A stretch of DNA of 64,000 nt from the NCBI RefSeq assembly GCF_006345805.1, contig NC_043024.1, forward strand, positions 16,492,001 to 16,556,000, read 5' to 3'. The stretch comes from Octopus sinensis (Eukaryota). Under the pieces are notes generated by a model, which saw nothing but the letters and a program-made list of their open reading frames with translations, was not told the origin of the DNA and made no database searches. This document shows positions 1 to 11,374 of this stretch, in pieces (within the stretch, counting starts at the first letter, position 1; every line of letters starts with the position of its first letter). The position numbers and the translations under genes were made by a program.

Positions 1-19
1 GCCCACCAGATAAGGGAGT

Positions 20-245
20 CATATATATGTATATATGTGTGTGTGTTTGTGTGTCTGTGTTTGTCTCCCCAACATCGCTTGACAACCGATGCTAGTGTGT
101 TTATGTCCCCGTAACAGTGGTTTGGCAAAAGAGACCAATATAATAAGTACTAGGCTTACAAAGAATAACTCCTGGGGTCAATTTGCTCGACTAAAGGCGG
201 TGCTCCAACATGGCCACAGACAAATGACTGAAACAAGTAAAGAGT
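20..245 (+). mobile_element. 3' half of the dominant tRNA-derived SINE (family A)
   Basis: Matches the 3' half of the full copies at 46267 and 57727, ending ...ctccaacatggccacagacaaatgactgaaacaagtaaa. Confidence 0.9.
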
Positions 246-537
246 ACATACTACAGATACTCAGGGAATCGATTTTCTCAAATGCTTCGGAGACTCATTA
301 CAAGTAGTGGATAATTTCTGCAATTTAAGAGACCTAATTAGCTGTGTGCTGGGATGCACAGAAAGTGTAATTGTGAGAATGTTGTGTGGACACCCCCAGA
401 TGATGAAGTAGGCTAGCCCAATACGTAGATATAGAGGGAGAAGCCTAGATGTCAGCAGAGTAGCAGTCGGAGTAGTAGAGAGTAGAAGGCATCCGAACAT
501 GCGACAGAACAGAGAATAAGAATAAGTTGGAGAAAAT

Positions 538-2255
538 TCAAAGAGCTTTTACCTTTGTTGCCAGAAACAACCTCACTTTCAATTTCTTTGCTAACTCTGA
601 ACTCCAGACCTTTCTCAATTTATGGCATGCACTCCAAGCAAGAGCTTTCCTTGCTATGATGTCTTTTTCAGTACTTTGTGTCCACAAGCCAAGGTATTTG
701 AAATTTTCAACTACCTTCAGCAACTTATCATCTCTCACTTTCACTGACACAAGCATTTCGTGGTTGAATACTTGCAGCTCTGTTTTGTTTGCATTACAGT
801 ACAATCCTACCTTCCCTGATTCCTGCTCTTATCCGCTCAACACCTCCTGTGACTGATCTGTCCTCTCTGTTAGTATCGCCAGATCCTCAGCATTGGTCTA
901 GATCAGTTACTGTTACTGCTTGGTGCCGTCTGCTTCCTTGCCTATGCACTTTGAATCCCAGTTCTTCTTCCTTGCCCTCATACATTCTATGCTTTGTATA
1001 GTCCAGAACGATGGTGAAGAGATAAGGTGCTAGCATGTCGCATTGTAATACTCTGGCTTTGACTTCAAAGTATTCTGTCTCTCCATCAGGAGTGATATCT
1101 TTCATTTACTTATTGCTCTCATAATTCTTGGTGAAATATCATATGCTTTAAGTATCTTCATCATCATTCCTCTATGTACTGAATCAAAAGCCTTTTTAAA
1201 GTCTACATAGATAATGACAGCCTTCCTGTTACAGCTCTGAACTCCCTCTATCAGTCTTCTAAGTGCAACAATGTGAGATGTTGTTGACCGTCCTGATCTG
1301 AATCCATTTTGATTTAGTCACAATTGTTTGTCTATCTTATGTTGTATTTGGTTAAGTATCATCTTGCAACAATGGATGGCAGACTGATCCCTCTCTAATC
1401 TCCAGTATCACTTAGGTCTCCAGTTTTGGGCAGCAGTAGCAAGTCTATCTCAGACCATTGTTCTAGCTTCACATTGTCATTTAGTAGTTTGTCTGCAAAT
1501 TCAAGGGTGATGTTGTCTAAACCACATCTCTTCAGTACTTCTGGTGGGATGTTGTCAGGACCAGTTTATTTTCCTTCTTTCAGGTTACTTGTAGCGCTTT
1601 CTATTCCTTGTTTTGTGAAGTCTCCATCCTCGATTTGCAAATTGTCAAGTATCTTTGCTAATTCTTCATTTTCTGTTTCACTGTCAACTTCTGGATCCTT
1701 CCCAAGTAAGTTCTAGAAATTAGTGTACCATTTCTAGATTCTCTCATCCTTTGATTTCCCTTTGATGACCCCCTGCTTTGCAGCTTTGTGACCAGTCATG
1801 GAGTTAATCAGCCTCCCGCTTTCTCTGTGCTTACTCTCTGCGTCTGCATTTTCAACCTGGGAGATCATTTCATCCAGTTCTTCTTCTTGAATCTCTTGGT
1901 ACACCTGTTTTAAACCCTCTTTCTTTCTTTGTAAAGTTTGTTTAGTATCATTGTTGGCAGCCTTTTGATAGTTGCTGAATGCCTCTTGTACTTCACAGCA
2001 TGCTTTTTCTACCCTAGGATCATCAGCTAACCTTCTCCGTTTCATCCTCTTCTTTATCAGTTTTGCTGCTGCTTCTTCATTTGATTGCACAAACTTGCCA
2101 TTTTGCTCTGTAACAGTATCCCAGTTGTTGGATAGTTCAGCAAATCTGTTACACACTGTAACCATATAAAGCTGTTGAAGTTCGCAATGCAGACCAATCG
2201 CAGCATTTTTTTCCTTGCAGGGGCTTAGTTCTTCTATACAGGGCTGAAACATGGA
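538..2255 (-). mobile_element. Degenerate RTE-like LINE reverse transcriptase fragment
   Basis: Minus-strand translation gives RT motifs: YVDFKKAFDSVHR-like, VLQCDMLAPYLFTIVLDY, LKVVENFKYLG and RKALAWSACHKLRKVW. There are many stops and frameshifts. Confidence 0.85.
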
Positions 2256-2819
2256 TGCTCACTAAAGCATTGAAGAAGCAGTTGGACGGCTGTTATTTGA
2301 GGATGTGTAGTAGTCTGTGGTCTGTAGCTAAAATAGTTGAATGATTTATCTTGCAAGAAGTGCTATAGAGTAATCTCCCTTTAATAAGTTTCTCGAAAAT
2401 TCTACGTCATGAGAAGTAATTCTTAATTATTCAAGAAGCTTTGCGTTTCTCTTGGTAGTTTCTAGAATGTCTAGCGTTCCATTAACAAAAACAACTTGCT
2501 TGCCCTGCTCTTTGCTTCTTAATTGACTAGACTCTGAGCCATTCACATCGTTGCTATGCCTGTCTATTTCTCTACGCCACATGACTGAAAACCACCACTT
2601 AGTTGTTATTTCTACATTTCCTGTTTCTGAACAGCCTCGCATAGATTATTTCATTCAACTAGACTCTACATTTTGATTATATTTCATCAACAACCAATGA
2701 ATAAAATATATTTTTATGCAGTAAATATATAGTTCTTAAATTTCTTCTTCTTCTTTGTAAGAATTCTTCTAATAATATACATGCAGCCATTTCAATACTT
2801 GATACTGAACAAATATTTT

Positions 2820-3175
2820 ACACTACAGATGTTTAGAAAGGCACTCAATGTCTCTTGGAAGAGTCATACAACAAACATTGACTTATATCAGGGACTACCA
2901 AAAGTAACATTGGAGATACAGTATAGAAGGATGAGGCTAGCTGGACACTGCATCGGACACACTGATGAAATTGCTAACAAGCTGGTGCTCTGGCAACCAG
3001 CAGAAAGAAGAACCAGGAGAGGAATGAGGAAGACGACCTATATCGACAAATTGCTGGAGGATTCTGTTATGGAAGGTGTACAGGAGCTGAGGACCATTAT
3101 GGAAGATCGAGATGAATAGGAAAAAACGTGTGGAAACAGTCTTGGTGTGTTCTGAGAGACAACATAGATGGATAG
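2820..3175 (+). mobile_element. C-terminal fragment of an RTE-like LINE
   Basis: MFRKALNVSWKSH...RRMRLAGHC...LVLWQP...TYIDKL...MEDRDE is a typical RTE C-terminus, followed by a (gata)n tail. Confidence 0.8.
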
Positions 3176-3194
3176 ATAGGTAGATAGATAGATT

Positions 3195-4305
3195 TACCTC
3201 TGTTGGCAACAAAAAAGCCTCTCTCCTGAAATGAAAGGGAGAGTGTATGATGCATGTGTATGAACAACAATACTACATGGTAGTGAGATGTGGGCCCTGA
3301 ATGCAGAAGACATGCAAAGGCTAGAGAGGAATGAAGCTTGTGTGTTCTGCTGGATGAGCAATGTCAGTGCACATGTACTACAAAGTGCTAGTGTATTTAG
3401 TGAAAGGTTAGGCATACAAAGGATTAGATGCAGCAGGTAGGAGAGAAGATTGCACTGGTTTGGTCATGTGATGCATGTGGATGTAGACAGTTGCATGCTG
3501 AAGTGCCAATCACTTATCAACCGTTTTGCATTCAGATTACTCTGTCAAATGTAATGCTCATTTATTCACATTGTTTTGCTTTAATCATGCATCGTCTTAT
3601 TACATTGAGATTTTGATGTGGTTGCTTTTGTTCGAATAACATCAAAGCATAAGTGTGAGAGGCCAGAAGGAAGCTGATTTGACCATAAAACAGGTAGACT
3701 ATTTTGGCCAGATATCATCATCATCATCCAGTGTTTCAAATCTGGGTTTTCTCCCTGTTAACAGGGGTGGCCAGATCTACCTCAAATGCCATAGCAACCA
3801 CCCTCACACCATCTCACCATTTTGTCCAGTTTTGGGCGTCCTCCTTTTTCAAACCAACTCTCCCAATTTCCTCCTCCACCTATTCCCTCTACCTTCTCCT
3901 TGATCTACCTCGCTTTCGAATATGGCTGGCTTAAATGCTAAAGGGTTAAAATGGATTGAAATTATTGAAGAGGGAGTCCCAGGAAGACATTGGATAAAGT
4001 GCTGTAGGCTGATCTCATGACACCAAGCCTTATGAAGGAGATGATAAATGACTGATATATATATGGCACCTTGTTTACTCAAGAAGACCCATCCACCACA
4101 GCAAAATTGATACCAGGGCTGATCCCAAAATAAAAAGCACCCAGTAAACTCCGTGGAGTGGTTGGTTATTAGGAAGGGTGGCATCCAGCCGTAGAAACCA
4201 TGCCAGAAACAGACAATGGAACCTGGTGTGACCCCTAGTCTTACCAGTTCTGGTTAAACCATCCAACCCATGCCAGCATGAAAAACAGATATTAAATGAT
4301 GATGA
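3195..4305 (+). mobile_element. RTE LINE 3' fragment interrupted by a TTAA-type MITE
   Basis: KGRVYDACV..LHGSEMWAL..RLERNE and LHWFGHV motifs, resuming after 3950. It ends in the gttaggaagggcatccagc-type 3' UTR with a (gat)n tail. Confidence 0.75.
3516..3948. mobile_element. piggyBac-like MITE containing a nested LINE tail
   Basis: Left end tcaaccgttttgcatt and right end aatgctaaagggttaa form an imperfect inverted pair with a TTAA terminus. Confidence 0.55.
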
Positions 4306-4343
4306 TATACATGTATGTATATATATATACATACATATATATA

Positions 4344-4827
4344 TACAAGATAAGGGCAAAAGAAAAATTCTAATGCCAAATATGCCGAAAAAAAGACAAT
4401 GATTGTCAATAAACCATTATAATTTATGCGTCTTGAAACAAACTGATAGAAATCTCTAAAAAAATTCGTTATTACCGTATTGGTCCAATTTCAGGGTTAA
4501 TTTGTAGGAAATTTTCTCCTCTTCAGCGGCAAATACGCGAGATATAAGAGAAATACTTGGGGTACTTAGGTCTGCTTGGGACTTGGTGCTTGCTTTTTCC
4601 ATGGGTATGAGTAAGTATTTCACTTATATCTCGCGTATTTGCCGCTGAAGAGGGGAAAATTTCTTACGAATTAACCCCGAAATTGGACCAATACGGTAAT
4701 AACGAATTTTTTAGAGATTTCTATTGGTTTGTTTCGAGACGCATAAATTATAATGGTTTATTGACAATCATTGTCTTTTTTTCCGGCATATTTGGCATTA
4801 GAATTTTTCTTTTGCCTTTATCTTGTA
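4344..4827. repeat. ~215 bp inverted repeat with 54 bp spacer (Penelope-type palindrome)
   Basis: 4344-4558 is the reverse complement of 4613-4827 with few mismatches. Confidence 0.95.
4639..4699 (+). ncRNA. Type I hammerhead ribozyme motif
   Basis: ttgccg-CTGAAGA-GGGG...CCCC-GAAA-TTGGaCCAA-TA-cggtaa contains the conserved core and three helices. Confidence 0.7.
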
Positions 4828-6259
4828 AATTATTTATAAATTTTACCTTTAAAGGTATTTTTTGATATGCTGGCCATTGATAAAATTGTTTTCCCCAAAA
4901 AAATTTTATCCTACATTAGTTATATATATATGTATATATATATTTATGTGTGTGTGTGTGTGTATACTCAAAATAAGCAACATGTATATCTTCAGTAATT
5001 TGGTACGATTATTTCATGCTACTTCATTTTATTAAACATTGTAAATATTACATCAGTTTTAAAATGTTGAGCAATCTTCAGCCATTTATAGAAGTCTTCC
5101 ATCAAACGGACAATGCACATTCTTATCTCTATTTCGTTTGCCAACATTATAAAGAGGGTAGATATACAGACAGAGAGGTTGATATACTTGTTGCTTATTT
5201 TGATTATAATCACCCTACGAATTTTTATGGATAATACCATACAAAATTCTGGTACCTCTGACTTAAGTACCATATTCATCTGAATCTAAATTTTGCTGAA
5301 CTTATATGGTTGTATATATATACGTGTGTGTGTGTATGTGTGTACACACACATATTCAGATGCACACACACACACACTTATGCATCACATTTTATAATCT
5401 TTTGCTACTGCTCCTGTCTGGCCTGAATTTTCATTCACAACAATTTCTGTTGGATTTCTTTTAGTTTTGTCTATTTTTTCATAAAATTCTGATACAAAAT
5501 TCTTCAATTTTTTTTCCATAAATCTTCGTCTGCTGACATTAAATTATTCCTTGGGAAAACAAGAAAACGACAATTTTTTTTTTTCCTTCAACAAAATTAT
5601 GGAAATGGTTTAATCTCTTTCTCTTTGTTCTTTTCTCTTATTTTCTATCAATCTCCTTTTCTCTAATTCTTTTTCTTCTGCCTTTTCCCCCTTGCTTACT
5701 CTCATCCATCACCCTTTCTCTAAATTTTTTCTCTTTCCCTCTTCTTGCTCTCTCTCTCTCACTCCTGTCTCTCTGTATCTCTCTCTCCTCAATCATTCAG
5801 TATCTGTTTGTCTGATTGTCTCACTGCTTCTAACCCACCTCCTCTCTACAAATCATGCATTATTCTTACACATTCAAATCACTACCGAGATAAGCTAACA
5901 AAGTATTCTCTATGCAGCAAAACAACCTACTAAGTACAACAACCAAATTTTTCTGGTTTTATCAGGGCAACATAGCTCCAGATATACTTATCAAAAGGAG
6001 GGGATAGTTACAATTGGAGTATCTATGATCTTTGATCCGTTTAAGTGGAGCTGACCTTGGCTAAACAACATTTATGAAAATCTTGTGAGCAATGTCCTGG
6101 GTGGGAAACCCCTCAATGAATCCAAGTTCTAATTCCATACATTTGCACCCGGAAAAAATTACCTGTCCCAGCAATAGGCCTTGGTAACAGATTATTTTTT
6201 TATGAAAGACTAACAGTTTCTTATACATACAAGTCTCCTCAAGTCTACCACAGTGTTGA

Positions 6260-6497
6260 TATTTATTCCTTTATTGCCCACAAGGGGCTAAACATAGAGG
6301 GGACAAACAAGGACAGACAAAGGGATTAAGTCGATTACATCGACCCCAGTACGCAACTGGCACTTATTTAATCGACCCCGAAAGTATGAAAGGCAAAAGT
6401 CAACCTTGGTGGAATTTGAACTCAGAATGTAACAGCAGATGAAATACCACTGAGCATTTCACCTGGCATGCTAATGTTTTTGCCAGCTCGTCACCCT
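6260..6497 (-). mobile_element. tRNA-derived SINE family B (Meta-domain-like) with 11 bp TSD
   Basis: Reverse complement of the copy at 13130. It is flanked by cacagtgttga at 6249-6259 and 6498-6508. Confidence 0.9.
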
Positions 6498-7515
6498 CAC
6501 AGTGTTGACATTGTCCAAGGGGAAAGAAAACAGAGAAAATTTGATCCCAGAACTGTCACAGATTTTACTATTAAAACTCAGAGTGTAAACAAACAAAAAA
6601 AAATACTGCAAGGTGTTCTGTCTGACCCTTAATAAACTCTGACAATCCACTACTTTGAACTGGTCCTTTTTTTATTGGCCCCAAACAGGTGAAAGACAAC
6701 TTTGACCTTGGTGGGATTTGAACTCAGAGCTCTAGGAGGTAGAATAAATATTACATTCTGTTCAATGTTCTAATGATTCTGACAATATGTTGTCTTTGCT
6801 GGAAATAATAGTAAAATTTCCCTCGCATCACACACACTCCCTCATCTTCAACGGTGGAAGGATATGTTAGATAATGGTTTCAAATTTTTCCACAAGGGCA
6901 GCAATTTTTGGGGAGAGGATGAGTCAATTACATCGACCCAGTGTTTCACTGGTACTTAATTTATCAACCCTGAAAGGATGAAAGGCAAAGTCGACCTAAA
7001 ATTGCCTAAAATTTTTATTATTATACACTCAGCAATTTAAAAAAAAATAATGTTGTTTGTATATACGTCAGATCCTAGACATATTTTTGTGTGAATATTT
7101 GTATTGGCATGCATATGTATTTGTAAGCGTGCGTCTAGGTATATGTGTAAGTGAGCGTGTATGTTTGTACTTATGCACATACATACATGAATGTATGTGT
7201 ATGCATGTATTCACTTGGACTTGTGTGGATGTGTGTTTACATACTTGTCTCTATATATTTATATGTGTTCTTATATGTGTATTTACTGCTCACATACTTT
7301 ATATACACATGTATACGTAATTTTATTTTGTGAACATTCGTTACGTATTGTCAGACTTTTTTCTTTCTTCCTTTCTTTCGTTATTTTTTCTCTCCCTATT
7401 CGTTACTTTAGGCCCCCCTCCCCCTCTCTTACTCACGTCTTTAGCTTTCTGTTGCTTACAAGATCGTTACCTTTTCGTTTCTTCCCCCTCCCTGGGTTTT
7501 ACTTATAGTCTATAT

Positions 7516-7716
7516 CAGTGCTTTTCAAACTTTTTGCTGGAGCGGAACCCCAAGGAAACATTCCACTGGCTCGGGGAACCCCTGTGCAATAATTTAATAG
7601 TCTTATGCACACATACCTGCACAGGAGAATTAAAAATTACTGCCGATTTTAGCAGTTTTGTAACTTCTTGCGGAACCCCTGGACTGTATTGGCGAAACCC
7701 TGGTTGAAAACCACTG
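7516..7716. mobile_element. hAT (Charlie-type) MITE
   Basis: TIRs CAGTGcTTTTCAA and TTGAAAAcCACTG, with a perfect 8 bp TSD gtctatat at 7508-7515 and 7717-7724. Confidence 0.92.
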
Positions 7717-8185
7717 GTCTATATGTATACACCAAGTGATTTTTGTATGCAAGCAAGATTACGAATACATATGTGCACATGTATTTGTGTGTATATTTTC
7801 GTTTTGCATTTATATATCTGTGTATGTATGCGGTCTGCGCACATCTATCTGTGTATTTTGATGTATACATGTATATTGATGGTTTAGTATGAATATAGAC
7901 TGTTGTGAAATATTTTAATATATTTTAATTTCAATTTCTATGTATTAATTGTATTAATCGAATTATATTTTCTACATAATTAATGACAATATGTATTTGA
8001 ATCAAATCTTCGATTTAAGGTTTTTTTATAATTTTATATTGAACTCATTTATTTGTTTTGTTTATCGCTCGCATATGACCGTTATTTGAAAGGACCAATC
8101 AAACAAATCCATTTTAAAGGTGCATCGTTTATACTAGTCTTGATCGAATTGTCATCTCGGTTCTATTTTAACAAAACTGTCCGAC

Positions 8186-9187
8186 GGATCTTTTCCTTTT
8201 GAACGGCACTTTTCAACACAATTTCTAGTTAACTAAACACTTTTAAACTTCGTATACTGGTAGAATGTGTTTATAAAACATCATTTTTTCTTGGCTTTAT
8301 TGAGAAAATTCTATATGTTGTAACATATTTCGTCTTTAATTTCGAGCATTTCGGCAATTTTAACCAATCGCTGACCTCCATTTAGCTAAATAACATTCTG
8401 TGCATAATGAATATGTCCCTACTTTAAGAAACAGATTGGGTTTATTTACATTTGTGAAGAAAAAAGATACCCTTCCCCCACCCCTAATCCTAAATCTAAA
8501 ATAGATTGAAATGCAATAGATCGATACTAGGGTTATAATTATGGGTGACAATTTCATACGACACCGCTACGGAAAATGAGATTTTTTTCTTGCGGTGTCA
8601 AATGAAAATGTCACCCATAATTATGGCCCCAGTATCGATCTATTTCATTTCAATCTATTTTAGATTTAGGGTTAGGTTTAGGGGTGGGGGAAGGGTATCT
8701 TCTATGGCATCCCGTCCAGATGGGGAACACATACGCCATAGAAACCGGGAAACCGGACCCATGAGTCTGGCTAGGCTTTAAAAGGGCGCATTTATTATAT
8801 ATATATATGCTTTATTTAAAAGCAGCAGAAATTTACCTAAAGCTGTTACTCGGAGTTTCACGTTCCCGTTCGTCGGACAGGATCGTTTCCTTTTGAACGG
8901 CAGTTTGTAACATAATTTCTAGGTAACTAAAAAGTTTTAAATTTCGTATACTGGTAGAATGATACAGTTAGTAATTTTATTCAGCTGAATAGACGTCATT
9001 GATTGGTTGGAATTACCAAAATAGGACAACTTTAATATGAAATTACTTCGTAAATATAAGTTTTTCTCAAAAACACTAAGAGTAAAAGATGTTTTATATG
9101 ACACATTCTACCAGTGTCTGAAGTTTGAAAGTGTTTAGATAGAAAAAACTATTTTTTAAATCTGTAGGTCAAAAGGTAAAGATCCGA
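8186..9187. mobile_element. Composite non-autonomous DNA element(s) with GGATCTTT..CCTTTTGA ends and an internal foldback
   Basis: The start motif occurs at 8186 and again at 8880, and its inverted copy tcaaaaggtaaagatcc ends at ~9186. There is an internal ~100 bp inverted repeat at 8466-8700. Confidence 0.55.
8843..8880 (-). ncRNA. Minimal hammerhead-like motif with CCGACGA core variant
   Basis: Reverse complement reads ctgt-CCGACGA-acg ggaa cgt-GAAA-ctc c gag-TA-acag. Confidence 0.5.
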
Positions 9188-10399
9188 ACTCCTTCATATT
9201 GCAACAATTGCATAGAGCCGTGATGTTAGAGCAAAATTAGGATTTTGTGTGTCTGTGCGCGCACGTGTGTGAGAGAGAAAAGGAGAGATAGAGTGAGTGG
9301 AGGTGATGGATGTCTTTAAGATAACGCACTCGTATAGGAAATGTGATGTCATCATGGTCGTCGTATAAAATGTTAACTTATGGAAAGATTATAATTTTAA
9401 ATGTTTGTAATTCAAATATGTCAATGAAAATAAAGTTTAGTTATTAGTGGAAATAGTACTGAATCTTTTGATATCCCATACATGAAAATCGACAACTTTG
9501 TTTTAGAATGCATCTGGAACATATGTACCCTGAAAAAACCCAAAATTGATCCACACACCCCTCCCGACTCAGCAATAAAGGGTTCACAAGCACAACAATC
9601 TCTTCAGCTCACAGAAAATGAACGGCTGAAATAGAAGTTATACATATGTTATACATAGTTATACATATGTTATACATAGCTGTTGTATGCGTCGGTCTTG
9701 TTTCTTCGCTTTTAAGGTAAGCGATTGTCATAGCAGCAAACACGATATTGAATAATTCTCCGTCATACGTCAACTAAAAACTTTAACATACTTCCAAAAA
9801 TGGGACTTCGTGTATGTTTGTCTACGTACCTCTTTGTGTAGATATGTGTGTGAACCATCCTATCAGCAACAATCATCATCATCATCATCTTCTTCACAAC
9901 AAGAGGCAACTGTTGCTTTGCTCCTGAAATTGTGTATGTGTGTGTGATGTATGTGTGGGGGGCTCTATTGCAAGATAAATTAATTTTGGCAGTAAGGACT
10001 GAACCCATTGTTTCATTATCACAATTAAAAATAAATTCGAAGGATTAATATCGCAGAAGTTCATACATTATTTTCGTAAACTCTAATTGAAATCAAGAAG
10101 CTACCACAACCATCCCATCAGCGACGATCATCATCATCTTCTTCACAATATTTGTACCCTTTATAAAGAAGTAGATGTTGCTACTTTTGAATTTATTTTA
10201 CATTGTGTACACCCAGATTGGAACTTTTACTCGACCTTGCACCAGAGAACATTATAGATTATCTGAAGACCAAACATACTGCTAATGAAAAAAAAAAACG
10301 TGTGCTTGCACACATTCGATGAATTTTTCAAAATTCTAGTCGTTCTATTGACAGGTTTGTCAATAGAAAGTGCGCTAAATGTTAAGAAAAAAAAAACAA

Positions 10400-10645
10400 A
10401 CTCTTTCCATCAGGAAAGGTACATTTACAGAAAACTCTAAGTTGCCATTATATGTAATTTTTCATTTAGTGTTTGATTTTATTTTCGAATTGCCTGTGAC
10501 GATATCTGCAAGTATGAATTGCATTGATATAAAAACTGCCGTTCAGTGGTACCAGTTCTGTAGAGATGTTTGTTCGGCAAAACTGCTGGTGGTCCGGATC
10601 ATACAGAGGAGATCGATGAAAGCTTGTTCTTCAATAGCAAGAACA
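10400..10645 (+). pseudogene. Merlin/IS1595-like transposase fragment
   Basis: SIRKGTFTENSKLPL...TAVQWYQFCRDVC, then a frameshift to GGPDHTEEIDESLF, which carries the first catalytic D of the Merlin/ISXO2 DDE. Confidence 0.75.
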
Positions 10646-10651
10646 ATGGGA

Positions 10652-11252
10652 AAGACTTCCGCCCGTCCCTCCCCCATTTTCTCCCTAATTTGTTTATTAA
10701 AATTTTTTTTTGCCAAAAATCCCCGTTTTCGGATACGGAGGTTCCGGAAATTTGCCAAAAATCAGGATTGTGAAATCCTCCCCTTTCCCCCAACTTTTTC
10801 AATTCTGACTTTATTCCCCAACACTAACCCTAAAACCGTAAGTACAGAAATGTTTTGAAATTTTTGTCCTAATCCTGATGTCCGTATTTTTCCGCATATT
10901 TAGAAAAGAAAAAATTCTTAAAAAAGATTTTACAAAGATTTTTGGAAATTTTTTCAGAATCATAATCTCCGTATTTTTCCGCATATTTAGAAAAGAAAAA
11001 ATTCTTATAAAAGATTTTTGGAAATTTTTTCGGAATCATAATCTCCGTATTTTTCCGCATATTTTGAGAAAAAAAAATTCTGAAAGAAGTTAAAAATGAA
11101 GGAAATGGGGGTCGGGGTGGTAATTTAGAAATGTCGATTTTTGCCAATTTATTTGCAGATTCGTATTCCCCGTAGCCGAAAAGTGGGGTTTGTGTCGAAA
11201 AAAAAAAAAAAGTTTTAAAAAAGGGTGGTTTAGGGGGGGGGGCGGAAGTCTT
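10652..11252. mobile_element. Non-autonomous DNA element with short inverted ends and internal tandem repeats
   Basis: aagacttccgccc at the left and gggcggaagtctt at the right. Three tccgtatttttccgcatattt units lie at ~10881, 10968 and 11044. Confidence 0.6.
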
Positions 11253-11374
11253 GCTGAGAAATGAGTCGGTGGAAGAATTACTGGTTCCACTTGAAGATAC
11301 TTGACCAATGTAGAACAAAAAGGAAAGCAGGATGATCATGGTTCTGCCAAATCTGGATCAAGGCTGGAGGATTA

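Noticed and set aside
5016-5279. Overlapping ORFs on both strands in unique-looking DNA
   Set aside because: No recognisable motif and no convincing splice sites.
10869-11339. 156 aa ORF with a signal-peptide-like start
   Set aside because: It runs through the tandem repeats of a non-coding element and crosses an insertion boundary.
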